A DNA stretch of 53,502 nt, filler included, from Circinaria calcarea (lineage: Eukaryota): NCBI GenBank assembly GCA_051942165.1. It is 4 parts of 4 records of this genome, joined end to end, with 100 filler letters (N's around TTAATTAATTAA, not from the genome) between each part and the next. Parts side by side here need not be neighbours in the genome. Positions count along the whole stretch, not along the records: positions 13,409 to 26,714 come from JAVECS010000513.1; positions 26,815 to 40,109 come from JAVECS010000514.1; 2 more parts are not named here. The stretch is one strand, 5' to 3'. The notes under the pieces were generated by a model. It searched no databases, was not told the origin of the DNA, and saw nothing but the letters and a program-made list of their open reading frames with translations. Below, piece by piece: positions 13,856-27,270 of the stretch. Every line of letters starts with the position of its first letter. Within the stretch, counting starts at the first letter, position 1. The position numbers were made by a program, and so were the translations under genes.

Positions 13856-14920
13856 CGTGGCAAATCGAAGCAGCGGCTGCTGGCAGCATCAGTTGCGCAC
13901 GTTCATGGTTAGTGAGCAGTTGCGCCTTTGGATATGCGCATCAATGGCATGCCCGTGGATTGGGACATTGTCGTCAAACCGGGTACTGGTACGGAGGGAG
14001 ACCACGGCACGCTACACATCCAACTTAGTTCGGGTCCCTCCACAGGCGCAATGGGTAACAAGGACGACAGGCACAAGAGCTGCAAAGGTAAAGGTAGCAA
14101 AAGGGGGGGAGGGGGGAATCGGTGAGAGCCATGTCTGGCTGTGTGCGTCTTTCTGTCAGGACCCCTGTACTGCAATCTATGCACCTCAGCTCCTACTCAA
14201 GTAAGACGCATTCGAGATCCACTAAAGTCAATTTGATGGAAGCCTTTTGTCGGGAAGATTTCGCGGCAGAAGACAGAAGACCGGGGGAGGCCCCTCGGAC
14301 AAAGACAATGATCGTCGTCAGGGACCCTTTGGGGATCCGCCGATGCCTTTTGGAACTCGACGGCGGGACTTTTGCGGATAAGCAGGAGTTGCCGGAATTA
14401 GCACAGAGAACGGCACTACCGCAGACTAGCCGGGGATGACCCCTCGTGTACCGAGGACGCTGCTAAGCCTTGCGGAATCAGCTCAACCCCACGAGAGTTT
14501 GATCCACATAACGAGCACAACAGTGTATCCCCCGCTTTCAACGATACAATCTGCTGTTAATCCAGTTTTCAATCAAAGAAGCCAAGGACTCACGATTAGG
14601 CCGGGAGAGCGGCTGACAGGCTGGATAATCGAAAGAAAGAATGGGTTTAGATGGAAAAAGGAAGCTGGTTGCATTTAGGCTCCAGAAATGATACGGCCCC
14701 CCCTTTGACTCATCCCGATACTCGTCAATTCTCCGAGTCCATAGGGCTCCATCGCCTTTCGTGTGTTTTGCACGCCCACACATATATATACATGTATAGG
14801 CAGTTTCGTTTGAACCGACCACTCTTACTCCCACCTGTTTAATTGCCCATTCTACCATTTCTCCGGATCTCTCTTCCAACTGCCTGATGTGATTCGTAAT
14901 CTACCCTGTTCTCCGAAAAG

Positions 14921-16605
14921 ATGCCTCTGGAGATCTGCCCCATACTGGAATCCGACATCGAAGAGTGGACCCATCTCATCTTCGCTGCCTTCCAAGATGA
15001 CCCCGTTAGCAAGCTCATGTACCCGGTGCCCGCCACTCCGTCCCTGATTGCCTGGACGGTACAGAATACCGTCGAGTCATGGGGCAAAGATCCCACCGCA
15101 CGGCACTGCCAAGTCAAAGACACGGAAACGGGGGAAATGATCAGTGCGGCGCACTGGATATTCTTCCCCCGGCGGGAGGGAGAGGACTGGAGGAAGGTAC
15201 CAATGGTGGAAGTATCCGATGACTATCACCGGGAACGCTTTACAGCCCTCATAACCAATGCAGCCAGCAAGCGAATTGCAGCCATGGGGCCCCAGCCATA
15301 CCTCTGTGAGTAACGACTTCAACTGTACTGGCCATCGTTCATGAGCCATGTTACTTTTCACAGCTACCCCTTTGAATCTTTATCCGATATTAGTCCCAAG
15401 AGTTAGGGGAACTGGGTGGTGTTCGAAACCCCGATCATGGTCGTGAAGCTTCTAGCTTTGTTGTTCAAAGCCTTGGATCGAGGCAATCGATTTAAAACGT
15501 TCGATCACACACGTGAAAGCCAAGGAGTATCTCTCGACCAGGCTTCAAAAAACAAGATACAAAGTCATTGAATTCCTGCCAGCCTTTTTAATTCACTATC
15601 ATGGAGAGTTTTCACCCCGATCGTTTGAGGTCCCTCCGGATATGCCACTGATAATCTTGTACCACAGACCTGCCTACTCTGGTAACCCATCCCAAGCATC
15701 ACCGCCGAGGCGCCGCCACCCTCCTCCTGAAATGGGGCATCGACCAAGCCTCCAAGCAAAACCTTCCAATCAATCTCACGGCGTCTCCCGCCGGTGTCTC
15801 TCTGTATAAAAAATTCGGATTTCAACCTTTTTACGAAACGGTAATCGATCTGACTCCCGTCGGCCTCTCTCAACATTGCGTCCGAACTGGCATGATCCTC
15901 CCGGCGCCCTTTCCCTCCAAACCGTCCCCGCCGTTGGCCATCAGCCCTGCAATCTCCATTGAGCCTGTGACCGACGAATCGGATATGGTCCGCCTGGCGG
16001 AAATCGAGAGCCTGGCCTTTGTGGGGAATCCCATTTTGAGTCTCATCTTCCCTCCGGATCCACACGGAAAGACCGACCATCAAGTACGTGCGAGCGAGCA
16101 CATTCAAACGATGCGCGAACGCAAAGGGGCTCGATACGTCAAGGCCACGGACACGCAATCAGGCCAGATTGTCGCGTGGGCGCAGTGGCATTTCTTCGAC
16201 GATCTGGAGAAACCGCCGCCGACGCCTTTGCCGGAAAACTGGCTTCCGCGCGCGAACATCGCCCTGGGCAAGCACTTTCTCGGGACGCTGGAGAAAACGC
16301 GCCTGGACGGCATGAAGGGGAAAAAGTACATGCTGCTGGCAGTCTTGGTCACCCTCCCGGAATACCAACGCAACGGTATTGGTGGCAAGTTGCTGGAATG
16401 GGGTCTCGAGCAGGCGGACGAAAAGGGCTATCATTGCTGGATCGACTCTAGTTCTCGGGGTTTAGGTTTGTATAAGAAACACGGGTGGGAGGAGGTCGGC
16501 TTTTTGGAGGTCAATTTGGCAGATTATGGGGGCGAGGAGGGCGTAGTTGATAGAACGGTCTTTTTGGTCAGGAAGCCACGGCAGAGAGCGAAGATGGTCT
16601 CATAA
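14921..16605 (+). CDS. Tandem two-domain GNAT N-acetyltransferase (single gene, intron 15306-15667)
   Basis: Splicing gives domain 1 ...YL|YLPTLVTHPKHHRRGAATLLLKWG...TASPAGVSLYKKFGF, which reads in frame into domain 2 ...LAVLVTLPEYQRNGIGGKLLEWG...DSSSRGLGLYKKHGW. Confidence 0.85.
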
Positions 16606-16822
16606 TGTCGGTGGACTCCATAGAAGATCTACATGTCCCGTACATTATATTCGGCGTCTTACTGTAGCCCGAGTTCCATGCCAAGATCTTTGTCGTAGCG
16701 GGTGTCGTCCTCTATAATGTAGAAGGGTCTGTTCAAGGAATGGCGGAGACTTCATGCGGTTGAATCTAGTTTGGAGAAAGGAATTATTCATGGAAGAGGA
16801 TCGCTTAAACGCGTAATACCAC

Positions 16823-18919
16823 CTAGCTATCCAGCATCTTGAGGATAAGCTGGGTGCCTTTTCTGCCAGCCGAGACCTGCTTTCCGCAATCCTCATTCCC
16901 TGTACCAATCTCCCTCACCGCCTTCTCCAATTCTCTCCGATAGCTTCGAAGTGTTTCTTTAATTCCCGCTTTCCGCTTAGAATCCAGATCCGCCGATTCC
17001 AATAGCCCAACGATTACAAAGGCATTATTCCCGGTTGCCCAAGACAACAAGCGGTCTTGCATTTTGACAAGGAGGAAGTTGCTGAACCTCAAAGGGGGAT
17101 CAACCAGATCAACCGCCCTCGTCTTTGGATTGAAGCGCCCACCAAGTACGAGCGACTTGAGCATCCTGCTAGCAGCAGGTGACTCTAGCAACACCTGCAT
17201 CTCGGCAGAGTTTTGGCCGATACGGGTGAGATCGGCAACGTTGGTCAAGGCCGGCTCTTTATCACCCTCTGCACCCAGGAGCACCTCGCCCATAAATTGA
17301 CACCCAAAGCTGGTCTGTATTAGCTCCTCCGCTTTGGCTGCAACGAACGGCAACAGTGTTGGTGACAGAGCACGAACGAGCTCCTTCCGACGAAGCTCAG
17401 GGTCCTTTTTTGACGTTGTGGATCGGATACTATGAATCTCTGATAGGATACTTAGATCATCGCTGGGAACGATGGACTTCACCTTGGCGACAAACGGATA
17501 CAGAAGAGATGATCGGGCATTGAGATGTGTCACGTAGGAGAGAATAGTCTCGTGCTGTTCCTCGACTTTGGCCTCTTTGCCAAACAGCTCAGGAAAGATA
17601 GACTTGGAAGTCAAGACAGTATCGTCAATGACATCGTACGCCGCGAGAAGAACTTGATGCCCATAGGTATCAAAGGCCAAAGTCTGCATGGTATTCCTGT
17701 ACGTCTTGAGTATCTGCTTCCGATCCTTGGCGGTGCTGTATGCTAATGCTAGACACACAAGACGAGCACCCGATTTGGTAAATGCCAGATTCTTAAGCAA
17801 ATCTCCCTCCTCGTCACCCTTGAGAAGCTCGATGAATTCAGTCGCTTCCTCACTCCCAGGCGGTATATTGAGGTAGTATTGTAGCATTGCATCGTGTAGC
17901 ATGGTGAATCCTGTAGTCTTCTTCTGCACAAGCTGGTTGATCAACTCATGCAGCGAGCGCATTATCGGGGCTCTCTTTTCAGGATGCTCAGCAAGCAGTG
18001 GCTTGAGCTCCGCAGAAACCTTGGCTTTCCCACTCGTCTTGAAGATGGCATATTCCGCCCCGTACCATTCGCGCAAAAGTAAAGCTTTTTGGGTAGGGGT
18101 CGCGGCACCCCGATAAATATCATCCAATATCCAAGAAGCCTCCGGATGCTTTATCATACGCCTAACATGCCCATACAGCTCGGGGATAATCATATCTCGA
18201 ATCTCTTGATCGCCGTGTACCAGCAACTTGCCTATCAGGAACTTTGCATACTTGCTCTCTGCCAAACCTCGATATTCACCTTTCAGCTCGGTTGCTATCA
18301 TTTTCCTCTGATCACGGTTGGCATATTTCAGGGCGGTCTGGACCACCCTCACTGAATCATGCTTCAAGACAAAATCTCTCACCCTACCGGTGATAATATC
18401 GAATAGTTCGGCCACCAACCCCTTGCGTTCTTCAAGGGGTACATGTGATTTCATGCGTAACCGTTCCCACAGCTTCTTCGAGCGAGCTATCGAATCCGCA
18501 TTTGGCTTGGCCGCTTTTCGCTCCTGAGCAACGGCCTTTTGCTTTGCGTGAGCTTCCTTTGACGCTGTAGCTTTTGACACATTAGCCTTGGAACCACTGA
18601 GAACCAAGGAACCTTTACAATTACTGGTTCCGTTGGTACTACCAGCCAATGCATCTGCTTTCGACATCCGCTCCTGACGGAGCGGGATTGCTTTCTGCAC
18701 GACATGGTCATCATCAGAGGGCCAGCTTTCCCCATCATCATCGCCGCTGTGCTCCGTAGTGTCGGATTCAACAATGGGGTCCGAGTCTGTTGCCGTTTCT
18801 AATTCTGGAGCAGGCCGTTTAGGCTTCTTGGGGGCTTTGGTAGCCGTCTTCAATTTCTTGTGACTACTTGAATTAGAAGATTTGACGGTAGGTACTTCCT
18901 TTCGCTTGATGCCCGCCAT
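16823..18919 (-). CDS. PUF6: Pumilio-repeat nucleolar RNA-binding protein Puf6 (CPL domain)
   Basis: Basic/acidic N-terminus, KKLWERLR, KHDSVRVVQTALKY, LAESKYAKFL, TMLHDAML, LAFTKSGAR...AKDRK and DDTVL motifs. A short in-frame intron is likely near 18568-18618. Confidence 0.92.
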   Translation of the reverse strand: MAGIKRKEVPTVKSSNSSSHKKLKTATKAPKKPKRPAPELETATDSDPIVESDTTEHSGDDDGESWPSDDDHVVQKAIPLRQERMSKADALAGSTNGTSNCKGSLVLSGSKANVSKATASKEAHAKQKAVAQERKAAKPNADSIARSKKLWERLRMKSHVPLEERKGLVAELFDIITGRVRDFVLKHDSVRVVQTALKYANRDQRKMIATELKGEYRGLAESKYAKFLIGKLLVHGDQEIRDMIIPELYGHVRRMIKHPEASWILDDIYRGAATPTQKALLLREWYGAEYAIFKTSGKAKVSAELKPLLAEHPEKRAPIMRSLHELINQLVQKKTTGFTMLHDAMLQYYLNIPPGSEEATEFIELLKGDEEGDLLKNLAFTKSGARLVCLALAYSTAKDRKQILKTYRNTMQTLAFDTYGHQVLLAAYDVIDDTVLTSKSIFPELFGKEAKVEEQHETILSYVTHLNARSSLLYPFVAKVKSIVPSDDLSILSEIHSIRSTTSKKDPELRRKELVRALSPTLLPFVAAKAEELIQTSFGCQFMGEVLLGAEGDKEPALTNVADLTRIGQNSAEMQVLLESPAASRMLKSLVLGGRFNPKTRAVDLVDPPLRFSNFLLVKMQDRLLSWATGNNAFVIVGLLESADLDSKRKAGIKETLRSYRRELEKAVREIGTGNEDCGKQVSAGRKGTQLILKMLDS

Positions 18920-19475
18920 ATTGTCTAAACAGGTTGTAGGGTGCTAAAAGCTGCTTGTTCCACAAATTGCTTCTTGAGGTTTTTGAATTATTTTCTCGTA
19001 AGGCTATGCTAGCGCCGTATTCCATTGCCCCATGATTGCCTCAACTGTGTGTGAAAAGCGTTTGGATTTTTTGCATAATCATACCAGGTCACTATAGTTC
19101 TACTGTATTAAATAACATTACTATTCGTTCAAACATGCAAGGCTAGTCGAGATGGGCTAACAGCTTATATCTTTCTTGCTCGTTGTAATCATTACATTAA
19201 AACTGACTGGTTGTATGGGTCTTCTGACTAAGTAAGCAGGATCATTAGATATTACCTACTGGCACTGAGCCAGCTGCATTGTAGCGATAGTAAAAGCGCA
19301 CAATCATGCCTCTTTATGCCGATCCGTTCATCATCGATGCCGACAATATTGCCTACCCAATCCCATCCAATCCCACCTAAAAATCCCTGATCCAATAACT
19401 ATTTACAAGTTCTTTCCATCTGCCCACAACTCCCAATCGAGGACCTGCTCCATTCCGTACTCCAAGAAAAACCGA

Positions 19476-20423
19476 TTACCTGACCGTAGCATCCTCACCT
19501 GGCTTGGTGGCCGGTCGATCGATGTTGCCCAACTCAGCCCCGACGCCGCTTTGCCCTCGCTTCCTGCCGGGAATATGGAAACCTCTATGGCTTGAAGTTG
19601 GTCGGGTTGAATCGTCTGCTGCAGATGGCGGATCGATGGAATCCCCAAAACGTGAGAACAATCCCCTTTTCTTTGGTTTCGACTCGTCATTCAGTCCGAC
19701 CTCCTCAAACCCTTCCTCGTCGGTAGTGTTGGGCCGTTCAAAACGCCCCGTCCCATTGATTGCCGACCTTGGTGTTCCCACTCGAGAGCTTCTGGAATCT
19801 AGGCTCTGCCTGGAGGCTTTGTCATCGGGTTGATATACTGGTGATCGGGCAGATATATCCTAGACCAGTCAATAGAACCGCCCTAAGACAGTATGGAGAT
19901 TTCAAATGCATACAAAGGATCGGCGATATGAGTCGAAGGATTCGCGTGATATAGAGAAAGGCTCATTTTCGCTTAGCATGCTTCGATGGGAGGATGTGGT
20001 CGTTGATGTAGGTGTGCGCTGCCAGAAACTCTTCTTCTCCGGCGGCGATGGCTAGAGTGATGGTAAGTGGAGACCATTGCTAGTTGCCGTGCAAGCAAAC
20101 GTACAGGAAGGTAGACACCGCTATCGTTGACGACTGCAGCTGCGTCAGTGTCTATCAATCAAACATGCAGCGGCCGCTGCAGGTACGCGGGGCATAGTGG
20201 AGCGGCTGTTTGGGTGCATACCACTGAGCTTGAACTCATTTGGCTCCTCTTTGTTTGGTTTGATGCTTAATGCCGAAGAGGACCTCGATACGCCGTCGTC
20301 GGGCCTCAAGCCGGGTTTCGCTACCCCGTTTGCAGTCGGACGTCTGTTTTCGTCTTGGATTGTTGGGTTGGTGCCATTAACGGGCGGTGGCTTTCGGCCA
20401 AATGGATTGCGGAATGGAGGCAT
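19476..20423 (-). CDS. Conserved fungal hypothetical protein (Ser/Arg-rich), multi-exon
   Basis: Spliced reading MPPFRNPFGRK...EFKLS|VVNDSGVYLP|PSPPEKKSFW...ENEPFSISRESFDSYRRSF|...EEGFEEVGLND..KKRGLFSRFG with canonical splice sites. Confidence 0.7.
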
Positions 20424-22711
20424 AAGGACAAAGTGTAAGATAGTGTTGTGATTGAAAAGAAGCTGCTGCTGAAAGTCTGCTGCCAAGTCAATTCAATGAT
20501 ATGATGTTCATGGATGCTGCATCAATACTACGGTAATTGAGCAGCTGATGGCGCTGTTTTTGAAGCGCACCTGGATCTCACCTGGATCTTAGCCGGCATT
20601 GATGACGGCCCGGGCTGGAGCCGGCAGAAACCGCTACTGACCACGACGCACGACAAATTAATGAAAGATTTACGGTTTAGCTTGACTCCGTGATTACACT
20701 TTCCCCCCAATGTCGGCACTAAGGGTTTTCATCAATTAGAGTTCTTGCCTTGTTCGGGTGAAGGGTGGTGATAAACCCGAATTCCTGAAGATCTTCCAAT
20801 AATCCTACGGAAGGAAGACAGGTGAACCAAAATGCGACGGAGAAAAAGCAGAGGCGAGGAGAATAATTCTCGGGCCTCAGAAACCCCATGGCCTGATTCA
20901 TTCGGTGCAGCATCAGCCGACGAACCTTCCGACGATCACACCCTTCTCTCTTTCTTGTTCCTGTCAATGCTCCAGGGTGGGGCACATGGCCTAAGGTTTT
21001 CACTTTGGAAGACACGCTGCAGACGGCAGTCGCAGATCATGCATCATCCATGTGTGGGCTACTACTAGATAACTCCTCCGGCAGCACGATGGGTCAATCC
21101 TTGATGACTGCAGTTGGCCCCCGAGATCGTCTTACGGGAGACTCGTACCTGACATGAGATATATGTCAAAAGATTTACCATCCACTGCAGGATAGATTTA
21201 TATCAGGCTGCGTCGTGATACTGTAAATCTGCCTGCTATATTCTAGAATCTGCGATCTTACTATGGCACAAGTACCCTGGAACCTAGAGACTCTAATTTT
21301 GGCGCATCGCACCTTACCATCTCCCGGGTCGTTCTTGTCCCCATGCATCAGATCTGGCTCCATGGCCAGAACCAAACCTCCTTTTCGAACGCCAAGCATT
21401 TGGAACAGCCATCGTGAGACGCGCACGCAGCCCGAAAAGCAAAGATTCAAACCTCAAACCTTAGCCATGGGCCGATTACAATCCCGGGCGCCTTACTCTA
21501 CACCGTAGCCAAAGTCTAACACCCGATTCGGACTCGTTTGCCGACCAATCCAATCATTGATACTGCCTAACGCTGAAAAGTGTGGAGTAACCGTCCAGAG
21601 ATGCAAACTTATCACGAATGTGTAGACATAACGTCTTCGCCTCGACTTCCTTCTCCACGTCCTGGAGCCGTCTGGCTCATCCGGGTTCCTCGTACGGAAT
21701 ACGGAGTAGCCCGTCGTCTAACACGCCATCGGGACGCCTGCCCGTATTGCGAGCTTAGCATGGATATTGGCGCGCAAGTGCAGAGTCGCTCAGAGACTGC
21801 AGGACAGGCAATCCAAAAGTGGCTGATCAGTATACGATGTCCAATCAGATGGTTCCAGCGCAGGCTCGATTTGTCCAATCTGTACCACTGTATGCAGTGA
21901 TCCGATGCTGCATTGGCAGCCCGTCCTTCCGGGCTGCCTGCAGCAAACACGTAGTAGTGGACCTTGTGCCTCACCGCCGTATCTCGTCCTCTTCCCAGAT
22001 GACCAGCCAGGCTCTCACTTTTGGATCGATCATTCATAGCAGCAGCTCTACTTCTCCGGGAAGCCATGTAGAAGCGCCTTCTGATTTAGAGCGAAGGACA
22101 GCCTTGGCATTCTTCGAGGGCTGCTCTCATGCATTTTGACTGCAGAGCGACTAACGACCCTGCCGTGCGAACAGAGGAAACGCCCGTCATACTCCGTCCG
22201 TCTACATTATTGGCCCATTGGCCCATTGCCCCAGCTTCGTTGTCACGCCTCGGCGTCGGAAAAGGAGCCTCTACCGTCACGCACTTTTCTTGTCTGTTTC
22301 GGCCTAATATCGAGTCTTGGCACGGAGCCTTCGCTGCTTAGTTTCAGCACCGTCACTCGGCACAGCAGGGTTGACCGTTGACGTTGATCACTCAAGGTTC
22401 GTCACTGAACCGTGGGTCCGCCCGTTTCCAGATACAAACCTTCCCCGAAGGCCCATCACTCCCCTTACCCTACTGACCCGCCCCGGATAATAAATACTGC
22501 ACCTTTTCATCATTCTTACCACTAAACATTCTCGGCGCCTCCCTTGATCCTCGTCTTTCCCTGTGCTCCTTCGACCTTATGCTTGATCCTACCATCAGTC
22601 TTTCCTTTTACAATCCCTACTTCAGGCACAGTTGACAGAGTCATTCACGCTCGTTACACACTCCCCCGCCCGTGAGCCCAGTCGTTATCAGAGCATCATC
22701 CTTATCGAATC

Positions 22712-24303
22712 ATGGCTTTCTGGACGAGTTGGGCATTATGGGAGAAGATGTGCTTTGTGAGTTATTGACAACAGCCCTTGTCAAATCCCAAGTATACTGA
22801 TTGCTCTCCCCCTAGGTCCTGGGGTGCGCCATTGTGAGTAGTCATGAACTGCGTTTCGATGACGGCAAGTAATGATTCTAGGTTCTTACTATACTGGCCG
22901 GCTGCGTCAAGCTAGTTCACAAGCACAGACAACTCCGGAGATATACAGCTATCGCCGCGAAAAAGAAGGAAGAACAGCAAGAAATACAACACGCCGCCCA
23001 GCTTCAAAGGGGTAGAGGGGTGCCGATCCCATTTGGAGTCAGGGCTATAGAGAGCGGGATCGAGGTCGATGGAGTATGGATATCGAGAACAAACACACCA
23101 TCGTCAACTCGTCCGGGAAGCCCAACCGCCTCCATTCCTACCGAGCCAAATCTTGCCGAAGCTTCGCACTCTTATCAACCAAAAGCTAGCGCCAAGAATA
23201 TAGACCTAGCTATGCCGCAGCCGGTATGTTCATACTCTGGAGTCAGTAGCAACAGGTCCAGCTTGAGATCGGCATCCCAAGATTCGTTCGAGAGAGCGAC
23301 CTCTGCAGAGAGGCTGCCCGGTAGGAATGTTTCCCCTCCATCGGAAACCACGCCGCGGATTCGTCCCACCTACCGGCCACGACAATCCTCCCATTTGAGA
23401 TTCAGTAGCGGAGATATCATTGGGGACATGACTCGGACAGACGAACAAAAGGGGAAGAGGGCGACTTCTTCCGAAAGCTCTGATGGTAAGCTTCAAGTGA
23501 TTCCGTCTACTGGTTTGTCAATTTAGCGGTACTTATGACTGAACCTTTGATCGGTAACAGATAGTAACTCACCAAGCGGCTCAAGGTCATCATCGGAAAT
23601 AGAATACGCTGCCAGACACTATGTACCCCTGCCGCCCCACAACACCGATAATTCTACCGAGCCCCGGCAGAGTGCATCACACCAAGGTTTCGACGAGGCT
23701 CCGCCTTCCATTTACAACAGTGACAAAGAATTGGAATCCCTTGCGAACCATCGAAAATCACATGCTGCTGAGATGGGACAACTTCTTCGGCGAGATCGAA
23801 CTGGTGGTGCGAATGATGACTGGACCTCTACGAGATCGCTATCTGCCGATAGGTCAAACTCTTTTGACTTCTTTCCGGGCGTCAAAATCACTGCGCCGGA
23901 AGACCCTTTCACAACTCCTGCTAAGATTCCGGTGAACGAACCGGATCCAGCAGAACCTCCGACCTTCCAAAGCTTTCTCGATTCTGATCCTACCAATACG
24001 CAACGGCATTCGATCCCTCTTATGGATTATGTGGTAGAAAAAGAACACCAAGACGTTGCTCAACCGCTTCAGAATGGAAATACGAATCAGCAGCTACGAC
24101 AGTCGCAGGTCGTCCGTAAGATTAATTCTGGGTTTGAGATATTGCAGCCCGGAACACTGGACAGAGCCAGACAAGGTAGTGACATTACAGACGTAAAACC
24201 GGAATTCGAATATGGAAATAAACGGCAATCGAGAAAGCTGCATAAGAAGAATCCATCAGAATCGACCAATAAAAAGCTCTCGCACTTCGTTGAGGAAGTT
24301 TGA
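22712..24303 (+). CDS. Conserved fungal hypothetical protein with an N-terminal transmembrane helix and a disordered tail
   Basis: MAFWTSWALWEKMCF|VLGCAI|VLTILAGCVKL... (18-nt microexon), then IPFGVRAIESGIEVDGVWISR and RKINSGFEIL.PGT motifs. Confidence 0.75.
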
Positions 24304-24963
24304 ATACTGAGCGCAGTTTCCACTCGTCAACAGGGGTGGACCTATGCCATACGGCGTGACGATCATCTACCACGTTGGATGTGCATGGCGGAAGCATGTA
24401 ATGGCGTATGGCGAAGTGATGGGTATTCGGTGGCCTGGGAAATGGCGGAAGGTCTCTTTTGTCGGAGAGAGCTCAATCACCATCTGTTGAGGCCCTTTGG
24501 ACCGGTGGTCTTTATGACTTCGGCGTTTTTGATGGAAGCCTTCCTCTGGCGTTTAATCCTAGAGTAATACTCTACACCAAAACTGGTTGTACGGCATCAG
24601 GGGGCATAGTGTAGCATAACTGACAGCTTTGAGGTAGAATTACCAGCTAGCTTGAGCGTTCGGAATGTAATTATTCATATCTCAATCTGATATCTGCTGA
24701 ACGACGGTCTTAAGGGATTTCGATTGATAAGTCTTTCGCTCTGGACCGGTGCAATTAAGCGGAAAACCCTTCAAACGTCCATTTCAACTTCTCGGGATTA
24801 TATAATCCGGATCATAGGACTGCGTGTTTGGGGAGTTCGCGGGGCGAAACGCGTAAACCTGATAATTGTCTCAATCCCACCTTTATATCCATAGAGTCGA
24901 CTGATTCTCCATACGAACAATCTAAACCATCGCATCCACATCCTCTTGACACTCCCAACAGTC

Positions 24964-26162
24964 ATGAGTGCTGAGGATGCAGAAGAATCGCAATCCGAAG
25001 GTGGGGCAGGAGGACCAGGTGCGCCAACACCATTGTCAGCACTGGAGGTATACATATGTCTTGCATATCATCTCGAGGTGGATGATACTGATTAGAGCAG
25101 GGAGTCGCCGGTCTTACCGCGCGAGATATTAAGCTCATTGTCGAGGGAGGGTTTAATACCGTCGAATCGGTAGCATACACGTAGGGTTTCTGACAGAGCT
25201 CGACAATCAACGGTGGCTAAGAATTGAAGGCCACGGCGAGTCCTGGAGCAAGTCAAGGGTATCTCGGAGCAAAAAGCTACAAAGATCCTCGCTGAAGGTA
25301 ATCCCCCTACTAGCAGTGTCTACGTCTGCGGATACTAATACCCAATCCAGCTTCCAAACTGGTCCCCATGGGCTTCACTACCGCCACAGAAATGCACCAG
25401 CGGCGCTCCGAATTGATATCCATCACCACCGGCTCCAAACAACTCGATACTCTCCTCGCCGGCGGCATCGAAACCGGCTCCATCACCGAAATCTTTGGCG
25501 AGTTCCGCACCGGCAAATCACAAATCTGCCACACCCTCGCCGTCACCTGCCAGCTGCCCTTTGACATGGGCGGCGGCGAAGGCAAATGCCTTTACATCGA
25601 CACCGAAGGCACCTTCCGTCCCGTCCGCTGTCTGGCCGTCGCCAACCGCTATGGCCTCAACGGTGAAGAGGTCCTTGACAATGTCGCCTACGCTCGCGCC
25701 TACAACAGCGATCATCAGCTCCAGCTCCTCAATCAGGCCTCCTCCATGATGTGCGAGACCCGCTTCTCCCTCCTCATCGTCGATTCGGCCACCTCGCTCT
25801 ACCGTACCGATTTCGCCGGCCGCGGCGAGCTCTCCTCCCGCCAGACGCACCTCGCTAAGTTCATGCGTACGCTTCAGCGTCTCGCGGATGAGTTCGGCAT
25901 CGCCGTCGTCATTACCAACCAAGTCGTCGCCCAAGTCGACGGCGGACCCAGCTCCATGTTCAACCCGGACCCGAAGAAACCCATTGGCGGCAATATCATC
26001 GCGCACGCCAGTACCACGCGGCTGAGCCTGAAGAAAGGGAGGGGTGAGACGCGCATCTGTAAGATTTACGACAGCCCGTGTTTGCCGGAGAGCGATTGTT
26101 TATTTGCCATTAATGAGGATGGGATCGGGGATCCGAGTCCAAAGGATTTGGAAAAGGATTAG
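24964..26162 (+). CDS. RAD51: DNA recombinase Rad51, 4 exons
   Basis: HhH N-domain ([23 protein letters not shown]), Walker [10 protein letters not shown], Walker [32 protein letters not shown]. Confidence 0.98.
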
Positions 26163-26714
26163 GGTTGGGCATATTATGGGGTCCTTTGCATTGCTCATGG
26201 CGCAGGGCTGGGCTTGGAAGGATGGGAGCGATGGATTTTCTGTCTTGACTGTTTTGTCTGTTACATTACTGGCATTCATGAGCGATTGCATTAACGGGGC
26301 GTCAATCGGGGTCAATCCGTTCCATAAACCCTTTATTACTTGTATCTACCTAACCTATGCTATCCCCCCCGATTTCTAAAGCCCAATCTACATACCCATG
26401 CCCGAGAAGTGGGGAACGTTATATCAGAAATCTACTTTTCGCGTCTCGTTTTCTCGTTTTCTTGTTTTTCGTCTTTCGTCTCTGGCACCTGCAACTAAGA
26501 TCTCTTCTCTCTTCTCTCTCCCGTGGTGCCTGAGATCTGGTACCTGGATGCCCCCCGTTTGCATCTCTCTTCCCCCCCCTTTTTTTTAAAAAAAAGAAAA
26601 ATACCTACCCGAGGTAAAGATTTTTCTCTAACCGTTTAATCCTAATCCTAATCCGTAAGTAAGCCTTTGCCACTTTTTCCTAATTCTATTTTCTAATATT
26701 TTTTCCTTTCTTTC

Positions 26715-26814
26715 NNNNNNNNNNNNNNNNNNNNNNNNNNNNNNNNNNNNNNNNNNNNTTAATTAATTAANNNNNNNNNNNNNNNNNNNNNNNNNNNNNN
26801 NNNNNNNNNNNNNN
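26715..26814. other. Artificial contig linker (N44-TTAATTAATTAA-N44)
   Basis: Same 100-bp spacer as 13309-13408. Confidence 0.97.
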
Positions 26815-27270
26815 GAAGCAGAAGATGGGTATGATGCCATCGGTGTTGTAACTCCCATAGTAGGAAAAGTCGTTTGATTTGACACCTTTCGGCCGGAGAT
26901 TTCCACCGGTGGCGGCGTCCATGATCAGTAAGATGGTGGTGAGTAAGCCAAACACAAAAATCGCAACGGATAACACGAGTTTGGTAGGATACCGCTTGAT
27001 CAACGGGGCGATCAGAATGGATCCGACACACTGGAAGGCCTGGTTGAGACCTTGGAGAAGGCCAACCCGTGCAAAGGTCCTGTTAACGGTGTTGTTCAGT
27101 TTGGCATCGTTGTCGTATCGGTTGGTCGCAAGCGCAACGATTGAGCCGTTGAATGCCTCCAATCCGAATTTGTACAGCATAATGCCGATGGTGTAGATAA
27201 TGATATTCTTCTTCTCCTCCCGCGTAAAGAGCGCCCAGCTCTGCCGGATTGAAGGTTTCGGAATGGCCAT
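26815..27270 (-). CDS. 5' fragment of an MFS-like multi-pass membrane protein, truncated by the contig end
   Basis: Several hydrophobic helices (IIIYTIGIMLYKFGLEAFNGS; VGLLQGLNQAFQCVGSILIAPLIKRYP; VLSVAIFVFGLLTTILLI) with an MFS-like loop. Confidence 0.7.

Noticed and set aside
20500..22700. Many short ORFs in the long region between two divergent genes
   Set aside because: No motifs or coherent splice structure. Consistent with promoter and 5' UTR sequence.
25518..26006. Long antisense ORFs over RAD51 (and similar ones over HEM13, the GNAT gene and the wall protein)
   Set aside because: Shadow ORFs caused by codon bias of the real genes on the opposite strand.
26560..26714. AT-rich low-complexity tail with CCTAAT repeats
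   Set aside because: Contig-end low-complexity sequence with no element hallmarks.
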